64,000 nucleotides of DNA from Octopus vulgaris (Eukaryota): assembly GCA_951406725.2 (NCBI GenBank), contig OX597817.1:36022001-36086000 (forward strand). Reading direction: 5' to 3'. The translations under genes were made by a program, and so were the position numbers. Shown one piece after another: positions 28,115-40,550 of the stretch. Positions within the stretch are counted from its first letter, which is position 1, and every line of letters begins with the position of its first letter. Under the pieces are notes generated by a model. The model searched no databases and was not told where the DNA came from. It saw only the letters and a list, made by a program, of their open reading frames with translations.

Positions 28115-29298
28115 TGTGTGTGTGTGTGTGTACAGTAAGAAGAGAGTGAAAGTTTGTTATTTCTTTATTGCCCACAAGGGGCTAAACATAGAAGGGACAA
28201 ACAAGGACAGATAAAGGGATTACGTGGATTACATCGACCCCAGTGCGTAATTGGTACTTATTTAATCGACCCCGAAAGGATGAAAGGCAAATTTGAACTC
28301 AGAACGTAGCGGCAGACAAAATACGGCTACGCGTTTCACCCGGCGTGCTAACGGCTCTGCCAGCTCACCGCCTTCAATATTCTTACCCCTGTATTCTGTG
28401 GCCCTCTGTCATTAATGACTTAGGATTAAGGCCCTAGAGTCCTCACCCCCTCTAGAACAGCATTGTCTGTGTCTGAACTATTTGATATGCAAATGGCAGT
28501 CTCTGTCACACAAACACTGCATTTAAGGGTTGCCCATATGCTGTTTGAGCTGCATTGTTCTTCTTGTCTGATGTTTTATTCTGTTCTATCTCTCAAGTAG
28601 GGGGTGTTCGAAAGAATTCGATCCTGCACAGTGTCCCACATCCCAACGTCACTAATGAATCCTGAGAAACAGCACGGCCACTACAACTTGATGACAGCGA
28701 AAGCCTTTTTCATGCTTGTGTATGGTTACAAGGAAACATATTTGGAATCAGGGTTTTCCTTCCGCTAGATGGATTGCACTCCCCCACCTGGTTAACGAGC
28801 TCCATCTTTCTCGACTGAGTTGCTAATTAACCCCCAGCTGGGACACTGACAATTCATACTATTCTTGTCAGAATTGACCTGTGAACAACAGTGGCTAAAA
28901 GGAGGGTCCTCCCTCCTCAAATCCTTGGAATTCCCGAAGCAGGGCCCCACTACTAAAATCTTACCCAGGATCTGTGCCTATATTAACAACACTAATTTAT
29001 GTTTAATTTTCTATTCCAAATCATAATTTATTTCTTATTTTTCTTTTTTTTTTAAGTTATCCTTCCTCGCATACTCAAAATTTTTACCTCTTGTCATTTT
29101 ATTTCTCTCTTCTCTTTCAGGATACCTCTCTGTTACTCTCTAATTCTTTTCCACCCTTTCTGTCTTTTTCTCCCCCGTTTTCTCTTTGTATATTAAATTT
29201 CACCTTCACTTTTTGCTGAATCTCACCCTCTTTCTCCTATATCTCTCTTCCTTTCTCTAAAGCCATTTGCTTCCACGCACTCTCTCTCTCTCCCTCTG

Positions 29299-29650
29299 AT
29301 GATCTTAAAACCAAGAATGTCCCGGTTCCCTTCTACTAGTCCAGCAGTTGTGATCAGAATGCTGCTGTTAATCCTTGCAACAATTCTAACCGTTACTTCA
29401 GATCGGGAATTTAGTGAAGCTCACTATGAGTTTTTGGGGCCTGGTTATTCCTATGGTTACCTTCAGACATCTCCAGAAGAACAGTTCTCCTCAACAGAAA
29501 CTCTACTGGAATGTGCCGGCGTTGCTCTAAACAGCCAATCGGAGTTTTTTACTTACGACACAGTCAGCTACGTTTGTAAGAATTACTCACCGAAAAATAT
29601 AATGACAGTCGTCAGCACGAATGACAGCAACGAGCTGTCCTATTACAGAA
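29299..29650 (+). CDS. Exon 1 of uncharacterised secreted protein (signal peptide plus PAN/apple-like region)
   Basis: ATG 29299, with an in-frame ATG at 29359 starting hydrophobic MLLLILATILTVTS. Contains LLECAGVALN..FFTYDTVSYVCKNY. Donor A|GTAAGT at 29651, phase 1. Confidence 0.85.
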
Positions 29651-30019
29651 GTAAGTGGCGCATTATCATCGTCGTTGTTGTTGTTATTGCTGCTGCTGCT
29701 GCTGCTGTTGTTGTTGTTGTTGGTGTTGTTGTTGTTGTTGTTGTTGTTGTTGTGGTGGTGGTGGTGGTGGTGGTGGTGGATTACTTCACTTCCATCATTT
29801 TTAATATATCTTATTGACTCCTAATATATGTACTTAATTAATAAGGTTTTTTCCCATGGTTATTAAATATTATGCCTACTCTTAATATATGTACTAAATA
29901 AATAAAAGTTTTTTTTCTCCAAACTTAGTAAATATTAGGTCTAACATTTTCTTTTAATTCAACTTATTAAAATAATCACCACTTACTAGCCAATTATGAT
30001 TATATATATTAATGGAAAT

Positions 30020-30067
<48 letters not shown>

Positions 30068-30423
30068 GTAAATGTAAAATGATTTCTATATTTTCTATAA
30101 CTATATAAGATACAAATGTTTATTGAAATCATTTAGTTAATTGTCTAAAGGATATTTGCTTAGTTTTCTTGATGTAAAATCAGGATGCCAAGTAGTAGTA
30201 AGCATTGGAAACTCTAAGACATTAATAGCCTATAATTCCCCTACCTCTTAAACTTCAACATGAATAACTTTTGACATTTATTTTACCTCTTCCTATATCT
30301 ATAAATAGAAAAATTCCTTGTCTCCATCCAACCGAAAATCCCTCCCTCCCCACTAACAGATCTAAATAACTAAAGGAAAAAAAATCTATAGTCAGAAGGT
30401 GAATTTTAATACTATTATAAATA

Positions 30424-30896
30424 TAATAATGAAATTATTGTATACAGTGTCCAGGTGCACCACAACTTGTCAGAAAGTGCATATAAAGTAAATGCAGTAA
30501 TGTAGAAATGTCTGGAAAGCGAACAATGTATGAGTCAGATACATGCTTGTGTGTGTATGGAGGGGAGAAAATCAAGTGTAGTGTTGGGGAATCTCAGGAA
30601 GCATGGAAGTTTTGAAAGATGCAGTGCTCCGACAACTAACAACTGATGCCAGCAGTTTGTTCCATGCTTCAGCAACTCTCAGCGTGAAAAAATGTTTCCT
30701 GAAGTCATGGGAGCTGTGCTGTTTTCTTACTTTGTAAATATGTCCACAGGTGTTAGATGTGTGGAGTTTGAAAAGGTGCTCAGAGTTATTGTTTGTACGA
30801 TGGTTGATAATTTTATGGGTGTCTGCCAAGTCAGCTGCCAACCGTCGGAGTTTCAATGTGTCCATGCCCAGGGAAGTAAGGCGTTCAGGATATGGC
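30424..30896 (-). mobile_element. CR1/L2-clade LINE 3' fragment in intron 1 of the secreted-protein gene
   Basis: PYPERLTSLGMDTLKLRRLAADL...FFTLRVAEAWNKL, same family as 41700-42360 but with a longer 3'UTR. Confidence 0.88.
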
Positions 30897-31150
30897 AAAT
30901 TATGTTCTTAACAATCAAATCAACCTCTCTGTCTGTAAATCTACCCTCCTTATAATGTTGGCAAAAAGTTAAAACAACCTTTTGCACATGTTGTTAAGCC
31001 AGAGATCATACTCAAATAATGCCGGTTCCTTTTCTGAACATTCCATATGCTGCTACAATCACTGGTATTGTAACTGCTTTGAGATGCCTCATTTTTTTCG
31101 ATTTCAACGAGAAAATTTTTATATTTTCTGTATTATTATCAATATTTCAG

Positions 31151-31329
31151 ATAGCGTGTGGATTAAAATCTATTCATTATCAACGGAAGCTGGTTTGAAA
31201 GCTTTTGATTCCTATGACAGTAAAGGAAATTTTTCATCCTGGAAGGTGAACAAATGCAATGATACCTTTTGTCCCAACTTCTTCCGACATCCTATCCTTG
31301 ATTTCTGGGAACACATTCCAGTTGACGAG
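31151..31329 (+). CDS. Exon 2 of secreted protein
   Basis: Acceptor ATTTCAG|, phase 1 matches exon 1. Reads (N)SVWIKIYSLSTEAG...CNDTFCPNFFRHPILDFWEHIPVDE. Donor GAG|GTATGT, phase 0. Confidence 0.88.
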
Positions 31330-31713
31330 GTATGTATGCATATGCATATACACAAATAGACAACCACACACACACACACATAGATACATATATACATATA
31401 TACGACAGGCTTCTTTCAGTTTCTGCCTACCAAATCCAATCACAAGGCTTTGGTCGGCAGCAGACACTTACCCGGGTTGCCACGAGGTGGAACTGAACGT
31501 AGAACCATGTGGTTGGGAGGGAAGTTTCATACCTATTTCTTTACTACCCACAAGGGGCTAAACACAGAGGGGACAGACAAGGACAGACAAATGGATTAAA
31601 TCGATTACATCGACCCCAGTGCGTAACTGGTACTTAATTTATCGACCCCGAAAGGATGAAGTTTCATACTGTACAGCCACACCTGCACCAGATACCTAGC
31701 AGGATGTCCCTGA

Positions 31714-33803
31714 AATTATTTTGGAAGGCTGCCAAGCTTGAACAAATTATGTAGTTGGCACGTGGAGGTTTATTTCATAACAAACTGCAGTTAGAAGAAC
31801 ATTTATCACAGACAAAGGTCTCTCTTCTTTGTGAGTGATGAGTAAATGGGTAAAAATATCGACTAAATTAACTTACGATATATGGTTGATCAAAGTTTTA
31901 TTGAACTCGGAAGAAAGTAAAGCAAGTTGACCTCGGTGGGGATTGAACTCATAGTTTAACTGTTTTGTCCTCTTTCGGGTGAGATGACAAGACAGGCTTA
32001 CAAACAAAACCTTGTAGGAACAGACCAAACAGCAACTTATCAAAACCCAAATCAAGAGGAGGAAAGTAAGCGTGACAGACCAAAAAAAAAAAAAACAACA
32101 ACATGGGGAAGTCCACAGGATTGAAGAACTAACAGACAGCAATTAAGAAGAAATATCCTAGGATGTATTTCTTCTGTAAGTCTGATAAATGAACACCCTG
32201 TAACAATGCTTTCTGTCATGTATAGATCGCTACACATTTTGGAGGAGGGTTAATTATTAGCTGTGTAGATATAAAATCTCCCTTCGTTTACTACGGAATA
32301 TTGTATACCATTACATGAAGTGTTGCATGTTCACTTGTGGAAATAAAACAAGAAACAAACTTTAAAATTACAGCGATACTTTATTCCTCTGCTTAATAAT
32401 ACAGTGGTCAAAATAAAGACACCACGGATACTGGTAGTTGTATAGTTCATCCATCGTTTGGATAATTCAGCTCGGGCCGTCGTTCGTTCGTTGCATGTGT
32501 TTCGTTTAACGGCAGGAAAATAACGTGATTTGCTTTCGTGAAAATCTTTCACCCCTCTGTTGTAGATGTTTTGTTAACTGCAGAATAAGGCTCCAGAGAA
32601 GATTCCGGATAGTTGCTTTAGAATTATTTTGGAAGGCTGCCAAGCTTGAACAAATTATGTAGTTGGCACGTAGAGGTTTACTTCATAACAAACTGCAGTT
32701 AGAAGAACATTTATCACAGACAAAGGTCTCTCTTCTTTGTGAGTGATGAGTGAATGGGTAAAAATATCGACTAAATTAACTTACGATATATGGTTGATCA
32801 AAGTTTTATTGAACTCGGAAGAAAGTAAAGCAAGTTGACCTCGGTGGGGATTGAACTCATAGTTTAACTGTTTTGTCCTCTTTCGGGTGAGATGACAAGA
32901 CAGGCTTACAAACAAAACCTTGTAGGAACAGACCAAACAGCAACTTATCAAAACCCAAATCAAGAGGAGGAAAGTAAGCGTGACAGACCAAAAAAAAAAA
33001 AAACAACAACATGGGGAAGTCCACAGGATTGAAGAACTAACAGACAGCAATTAAGAAGAAATATCCTAGGATGTATTTCTTCTGTAAGTCTGATAAATGA
33101 ACACCCTGTAACAATGCTTTCTGTCATGTATAGATCGCTACACATTTTGGAGGAGGGTTAATTATTAGCTGTGTAGATATAAAATCTCCCTTCGTTTACT
33201 ACGGAATATTGTATACCATTACATGAAGTGTTGCATGTTCACTTGTGGAAATAAAACAAGAAACAAACTTTAAAATTACAGCGATACTTTATTCCTCTGC
33301 TTAATAATACAGTGGTCAAAATAAAGACACCACGGATACTGGTAGTTGTATAGTTCATCCATCGTTTGGATAATTCAGCTCGGGCCGTCGTTCGTTCGTT
33401 GCATGTGTTTCGTTTAACGGCAGGAAAATAACGTGATTTGCTTTCGTGAAAATCTTTCACCCCTCTGTTGTAGATGTTTTGTTAACTGCAGAATAAGGCT
33501 CCAGAGAAGATTCCGGATAGTTGCTTTAGAATTATTTTGGAAGGCTGCCAAGCTTGAACAAATTATGTAGTTGGCACGTAGAGGTTTACTTCATAACAAA
33601 CTGCAGTTAGAAGAACATTTATCACAGACAAAGGTCTCTCTTCTTTGTGAGTGATGAGTGAATGGGTAAAAATATCGACTAAATTAACTTACGATATATG
33701 GTTGATCAAAGTTTTATTGAACTCGGAAGAAAGTAAAGCAAGTTGACCTCGGTGGGGATTAAACTCATAGTTTAACTGTTTTGTCCTCTTTCGGGTGAGA
33801 TGA
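31714..33803. repeat. 908-bp-period tandem duplication, A(274)-B(634)-A-B-A
   Basis: Unit starts AATTATTTTGGAAGGCTGCC at 31714, 32622 and 33530; identical ORFs offset by 908 in the track. Confidence 0.95.
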
Positions 33804-34346
33804 TAACGTGATTGGATCCTTGATCGAATCCTGCGCAATATTTGACCAATCAAAGTACGGGACTCAACCAATGTTCCAAACTCAAATGATAAGTCAATCA
33901 TTTCAAATTAACGTGTGAAGCCTATAAAAAGCTAGTCGACTCCAATATGCCATAATAGAAATTAGTTTCGCTACAAATTCAAGCAACACTATTCAACAGG
34001 CGTTGATTTTATCCACCAATCGTAAGCATACGCATATTGATAGTACATATGACGGGGTGCTGAAAAGTTCTAAGGGTGTCACGAAAGACCTGGTTGAAGG
34101 CTCAATCTTCCGAATTCTTTTACAAAGCTTCGGAAAACTGAAGAACCACTGCAATAAGTGTGTGAATCCGAGAGAGGAACATGTTGAATAAATTCATAAT
34201 TAACTGATCCTCTTGTTGGAGGATCCTAATCGAACAAATCTACCCAAGTTTTTATTTATTTTTTTAAAAACTCTAGTATTATTCCAACCATCTCTTTTGC
34301 CGAACTGCTAAGTTATGGGGATGTTACTTTTTTTTACTCTTTTTAG

Positions 34347-34510
34347 GTGAAACTGGTGATTTATAAAAACCAAACAGCTGTGGTTAATATGGTGTTTGAT
34401 GGACAAAATACAAATCGTGAAACCTGGTTCTCTCATGAAAAGCTGAAAAGTTCCCCATGGAATGATTTATCTTCAGCCACCCCAAAGTTTTTCTCACTAC
34501 AGGGACTTAA
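34347..34510 (+). CDS. Exon 3 of secreted protein
   Basis: Polypyrimidine tract and TTTTAG|, phase 0. Reads VKLVIYKNQTAVVNMVFDGQNTNRETWFSHEKLKSSPWNDL..FFSLQGL. Donor AA|GTATGT, phase 2. Confidence 0.9.
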
Positions 34511-35270
34511 GTATGTCATACTAGCAAAAAGACCGCCACCCAAGCGCTTTTCCACTAGTCTCTAAATTATATTTACACATTTTATTCACAATCTTTTTAA
34601 TTTTACTGATATGTTACAATTAATTTTCCTACAGCTTATCCTCGACTTACGACCGAGTTCTGGTCCGACTGACAGGTCATATGTCGGATTTATATTTTTC
34701 AACACTGTTTTCATTCAAATGCAACTGGTGCTTGTAAGCGACGGAATGAGTGGCAGGCATCCACTGCCTTGACCTGAGGGAAACCTGCGTAACCAGATGC
34801 TGCCATAGTTATTATACGTGCAGCTGCCCAACGTCCGAAAATTGATCATTTATTTATTTTTTTATTTCCTTACTTTCTGTGGTCGCAAGTACGGATGGTC
34901 ATAAGTCATATAAGTCATAAGTCAAGGAGAAGGAATGCTCACTCAGTAAATATTCCTTTCATTATTTTATGTTTCAATCTCTCTCTTTTACAAACAAACT
35001 CAAATGTAGTCCTGGGTAATCGTCGCCCATGTAGGTCTGATAAATTGTATCAATGACAAATGTTGCTGATGATTTATAGATATATATGTGAGTATAATTT
35101 GCGTATTATATTGATAAAGAAACAATTGTACAACATTAATCTATTTTTTTTAGTTGTATTTCAATTTCCTTACGTTGAGGGTAGTGCTTTTTCTATGTGG
35201 AGGTATCGTCGGCGGCTATACCAGAATACGGAGCTATTTCTAGCACTAGAGTTGACCTATTTAACGTTAA

Positions 35271-35360
<90 letters not shown>

Positions 35361-35530
35361 CGCCGTAGGAATGGCTGTGTGGGAAGTAGCTTGTTTATCA
35401 ACCACATGATTCCGGGTTCAGTCCCACTGCGTGGCACCTTGGGTAAGTGTTTTCTGCTATAACCTCGGGCTGACCAAAGCCTTGTGAGTGGATTTGGTAG
35501 ACGGAAGCTGAAAGAAGCCCATCGTATATA

Positions 35531-35580
<50 letters not shown>

Positions 35581-35857
35581 TTGTGTGTCTGTGTTTGTCC
35601 CCCCAAGATCACTTGACAACCGATGCTGGTGTGAATTTAGCTTTGAACGACCTCTTATGGACTTCCTGTATTAAAAACAGGAAAAATAGAAAGAGACGAA
35701 TCTTCATCCAGCCAATGCGCAATGAGAGTATTTATTGTTTTGGTTTGTCTTTTGTTGTTTATTTTCATATACTGGTACTTATTCTATCGGTCTCTTTTGC
35801 CTTTCATCCTTTAGGGGTTGATAAAATTAAGTACCAGTTACACGCTGGGGTAATAAA

Positions 35858-35929
<72 letters not shown>

Positions 35930-36164
35930 GACAGGCTTCTTTCAGTTTCCGTCCACCAAATCTGCTCACATGTCTTTGGTCGGCCTGAGGCTATAGTAGA
36001 AGACACTTGTCCCAGATGCCACGTAGTGAGACTGAACCCCTCCCTGACCATGTGGTTGGGAAGCAAACTTCTTACCACATAGCCACGCCTGCGCCTATCA
36101 TATATTTAGTAAACGTTTTGATTTTCTCAACCTGAAATCCCGCCAACTTTTATTAACTCCACAG

Positions 36165-36325
36165 GGGGAATCGTCACTTTTATATAGAAAATCGGAATGG
36201 CTGTTCAAAGGACAACGGCTGGCTGGTCATCAACGATGGCCCACATTATTGTCCGTATGAAAATGGACCGCGCTACCCTTTAATCCGTTATTCTGGTACA
36301 AAATCTAAAGTCACATGGATCAAGG
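36165..36325 (+). CDS. Exon 4 of secreted protein (absent from ORF track)
   Basis: Acceptor CCACAG|, phase 2. Reads (K)GNRHFYIENRNGCSKDNGWLVINDGPHYCPYENGPRYPLIRYSGTKSKVTWIK. Donor AAGG|GTAAGT, phase 1. Confidence 0.9.
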
Positions 36326-37453
36326 GTAAGTGTATTATGCTTTATCTCGTGCACCAGTGTCTGTTTTAACGTCAGTAGAAGTACTAGTGGTGGTGGTGGT
36401 GGTGGTGGTAGTAGTATTAGTAGTAGTAGTAGTACTAGTAAGACCAGAAATTTGGATGCGGGGTGTTTATTCGAGTCTAGGACATTTACCTCTCCATGGA
36501 CAATCCCCCTCTCCCCCTCAAGGAAAATTATCCCTGAAGACAACAGATGATGATTTAAAACGTCTTAATATATTGGAAAGGAGGTACATGGCCTAGAGGT
36601 TAGAGCAGCGGACTCGCAGTCGAGGGATCGCAGGTTCGAATCTCAGACTGGGCGATGTGCGGAAGGTAATGGCAAACTTCTGCTGACTCTTTCGCCACAA
36701 CTTTCTCTCAATCGTCCAGGTAGGGAACCTATACGCCAAGGAAACCGGGAAGCCGACTCTTATGAGACAGGCGTGGCTCGAGAAGGAACAAACAACAACA
36801 GTATATTGGAGAGGGCTAATTAACCAAGGGTGGTAATTGTCCTAGGGGGCAGTTGTCATCGGCAGGGGGGTAATTGTCCTGGAGGGGGTGGTGGTAATTG
36901 TTCTAGAGAGTTAATTGTCCAGATAAGTTTTTTTCAATTAAATCGAGTCAGTACTATTCATAGTACTTCATGTTATGAACGAAAATTCATGGATTTGACC
37001 CCAGGACTAAAATAACCGGAAAAATACCGCGAGACACTTTAACTGATTCTCTAACGAATACTTCACTCAACTGACCTTAATACAGGGGTGGGGTGCTGAA
37101 AAGTTCCTGGTTTTAAGGGTGTCGCAAAAGGGCTGGTTGGCGGCCCAACCTTCCGAGTTCTTTCACAACAGGGTCAAAATAGCCGAAGATGGTTGTTATC
37201 TAACACGAGATCATTTCTAATATATCTCTCAAACAGCGAGGATATCAGCTGAAAGGTAAAGTCGACCTAGGTGGAATTTGAACTCAGAACGTAAAGATGG
37301 ACAAAACGCCGCTAAGCTTTTCGTCCTGCGTGATGGTGATTATTTAAGATCGCCGTCATTAGAATTATTGAGGATAATATTATCCATTACTGATATTACT
37401 GTTGTTTTATTTGCTGTTCTTGTTGTCATTGTTGTTGCTTTTATTCATTCCAG

Positions 37454-37503
37454 GATATAGTATTGGTGATACCGTAACCGTCTTCATCCGCTTAAAAACC
37501 TAA
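37454..37503 (+). CDS. Exon 5 (terminal) of secreted protein
   Basis: Acceptor TTCCAG|, phase 1. Reads (G)YSIGDTVTVFIRLKT then TAA. Spliced CDS totals 906 nt with no internal stop. Confidence 0.85.
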
Positions 37504-37589
37504 CTAACCAATCAACAGATTTCCTGCTATTGACGTCCATCTCTACAAGGTGACCACCACCACTGATCATGATTCAAGAATTACAAGTT

Positions 37590-37595
37590 AATAAA
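37590..37595 (+). terminator. Polyadenylation signal of secreted-protein gene
   Basis: AATAAA about 90 nt after the stop, followed by a T/GT-rich tract near 37625-37660. Confidence 0.6.
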
Positions 37596-37724
37596 AACCT
37601 CACATTGTAGCTATAAACAGTGACTTTTTGTTGTGATTCTTTTTCTTTATTTTTCCTCTTTCAAGAGAAAGACAGAGTTATTGTTGCCCTTTGTGTCGTA
37701 TGTACTAGCGTAAATATATTTATG

Positions 37725-38041
37725 TGTGGTGGCACGTAAAAAGCACCACCCGAATCGGGGCTGATGTCAGCGCCGCCTTCACTGGCTTCCGTGCTGGTGG
37801 CACGTAAAATGCACCAATCCGAACGTGGCCGTTGCCAGCCTCGCCTGGCACTTGTGCCGGTGGCACGTAAAAAGCACCCACTACACTCACGGAGTGGTTG
37901 GCGTTAGGAAGGGCATCCAGCTGTAGAAACATTGCCAGATCAGACTGGAGCCTGGTGCAGCCTTCTGCCTTCCCAGATCCCCAGTCGAACTGTCCAACCC
38001 ATGCTAGCATGGAGAACGGACGTTAAACGATGATGATGATG
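37725..38041 (+). mobile_element. Family D: hairpin-minisatellite element with RTE-like (TGA)n tail
   Basis: Repeats of GTGCCGGTGGCACGTAAAAAGCAC, then GGTTGGCGTTAGGAAGGGCATCCAGCTGTAGAAAC. Other copies 2150-2441, 2575-3057, 7700-8051, 9841-10140(-), 12680-13038. Confidence 0.75.
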
Positions 38042-39291
38042 TGCATGTGTGCGCGCGCATGTGTAATATAGTCTGTTGAGCATAACACATTCTTATTTCG
38101 AGTTTCATACGTGAAACCAAATCATTTTCTAGACTAACCAGTGTCTCCACTACTTTTCCGTTAAGTGTCATTATATAGGTAGAAAACTCAGTTTCTTAGA
38201 CATCCTTGAATGCTTTAGCATCGGGATTCCCTTTTATATATACGAGCACCAACAATTTGACCTCTCTGAAAGTCCGATAGATCTGTAGTGGATTTTGCAA
38301 GCATGAAGTGGATTCGATCTACCATAGCCAAATTTAAATTAACACTGCAACAGAACTTTCCCCACGATGGAACAATGGTATTTCTCTGACAGCAGTTTTA
38401 CATTTTCCAGATGCCTTTAGTTAGGCCGAAATAATGTTTTCACCACTTGACCCTTTCTAATCTCTTCTACTCCACCAAAAGCTAGAATAGAGATAACAAG
38501 ACCACCAACTAAATCTATTGTTCTCAATGATATATCTATCCTTCTAGATAGTTGTATAAGCAAGCACACCCCAAGCAAAAATCAGTCAGTCACTTCGGTG
38601 ACGACTCAAACAAGTAGTCACTTGGCGACAACTGAACAAGGCAGCTCGTGGCGACTCAATTAGTTAGGGAACGGACTGCTAGAATCATGATCACAAGGAG
38701 TACCTCTACTAAATTTAATGATCAGCGAGAGAAATAAAAATTACTGTCAGCAACTGTGAGTGAACACCCTACCATTCTCTCTTCCTCTAATTATGTTCTC
38801 TTACAACAACATTCTATCGCTATCTGTGGATTACTACTAACTATTCATATACGCCAAACTATGTAAAGAAACATCTAACTTTCTTTCGTATGCTCTTGGA
38901 TTGATCATAACCTGCCCGTCGAGGCAAGGTAATGTAACGTAACGGTAAATAAATACTTTCTTAAAACTTCATGCATTGTTCATCTTTCACATCCTATAGT
39001 ATGCAATTATAACAACAACTTCTTATCGTCACAACAGCTGACTCCGATATTTCATAATATTGTTTAGTAATCAATTTCTGTCGTTAGAGATCTGTCATTT
39101 TAATGGATTTTAATTACCTTTCTTTTGATGATATCTGAAAAGAAGCAGCAATTTTAGCAAAACATATTAAGCAACACTAATAATAAATTTTCAAAAGCTT
39201 AAAAATTAACAAGCTTTTGACGGTTTTATAGATATTTCAAAATTATGATGCTATGATGATGTTAGTATTTCCATTATTTTTGTCCAACCCC

Positions 39292-39332
<41 letters not shown>

Positions 39333-39441
39333 TAGAAAAAAAACACGTTTTATCAATTCAATAATGAAAAATTAAATTACATATTATAGAAAGATTAAAT
39401 ATAAGATAAAACATATAACGATGATTAAGTAATGCGCAAAA

Positions 39442-39959
39442 TCTCTATATATAAAACTGTAGTTGTGTGAGTGTCTGTCTCCTACGATTTAGATTCCTAA
39501 CTCCTCCCACATTTTGCGGTGCAGTTTAACCAAATTCGGGTATCTTATAGTCGTGATTCATATCGAGCCCGTCTGGCTATTAGCGCGCGTCTACGATGAG
39601 TCTACGATTTTAAAAATAATTTAACATCATTTTTTTATTCCATTTTAATGCATAATTTTTCGTGTGTCGATGGCGGCGGAGTTGGCGTCCACGCTCAAAC
39701 ACCTGCACCTGTGTTTGCTTCTCCCCCTTCTTCCCTCCCTCGTGAAGCTGTGGGGAAGGGAGTGTAAGGAAATCAACGTCGTAATGCGTTGTCAAGGAGA
39801 CCAGCGTTCTTTTAGAACAACGACTTCATGGCTTGAAGACACCAAAACAGAAATGGCTAAGAAAGCCCGAATTGGCATCTATAAAGGAAGTAACTCTCTA
39901 AAAATGCTTATATAGTTATTTCCCTTACAAACCCGAGCAACGCCGGGCGATACTGCTAG
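39442..39959 (+). mobile_element. Complete non-autonomous Helitron
   Basis: A|TC start, subterminal hairpin CCCGAGCAACGCCGGG, CTAG|T end, no TSD. Confidence 0.85.
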
Positions 39960-40479
39960 TAATAAATAAAACATAAGTTGCTTACAGGTTTGGTGAACAG
40001 CAATAATTCGAAATCTTTTGATGTTACAAGACAGACATTGATACTAATTTAATTCTCCACTACATTATCTGAAATCAGTGATCAAACAGATTTAAACAAT
40101 AACATAACAAATCAACAAGCTTATACTAACGATCGTAATACACATTCATGTATGTTCTTTTGTTTTAAATATTCTGCCCACTTGTAGTTATTATACTAGC
40201 AAACTTGCTTATTATAGCGTGCTGGGAAAACAGTTATAGAATTGATTTTCTTCTTGCATGTGGTTGCATGAGCAGAACTGAAGATAACTGATCAATGAAC
40301 TTGCAAGAGTGGCTGTGTGGTAAGTAGCTTGCTTACCAGCCACATGGTTCCGGGTTCAGTCCCACTGCGTGGCACCTTGGACAAGTGTCTTCTACTATAG
40401 CATCAGGCTGACTGAATTCTTGAGAGTGGATTTGGTAGACGGAAACTGAAAGCAGCCTATAATATGTGTGTGTGTTTGT

Positions 40480-40550
<71 letters not shown>

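Noticed and set aside
29651-29817. C-terminal poly-Val transmembrane segment in ORF 29299-29817
   Set aside because: It lies beyond the GTAAGT donor and comes from an intronic (GTT)n repeat.
37820-37880. HDV-ribozyme-like CCAGCCTCGCCTGG motif
   Set aside because: I could not build P1, P1.1 and P2 in the required order; it is a simple hairpin.
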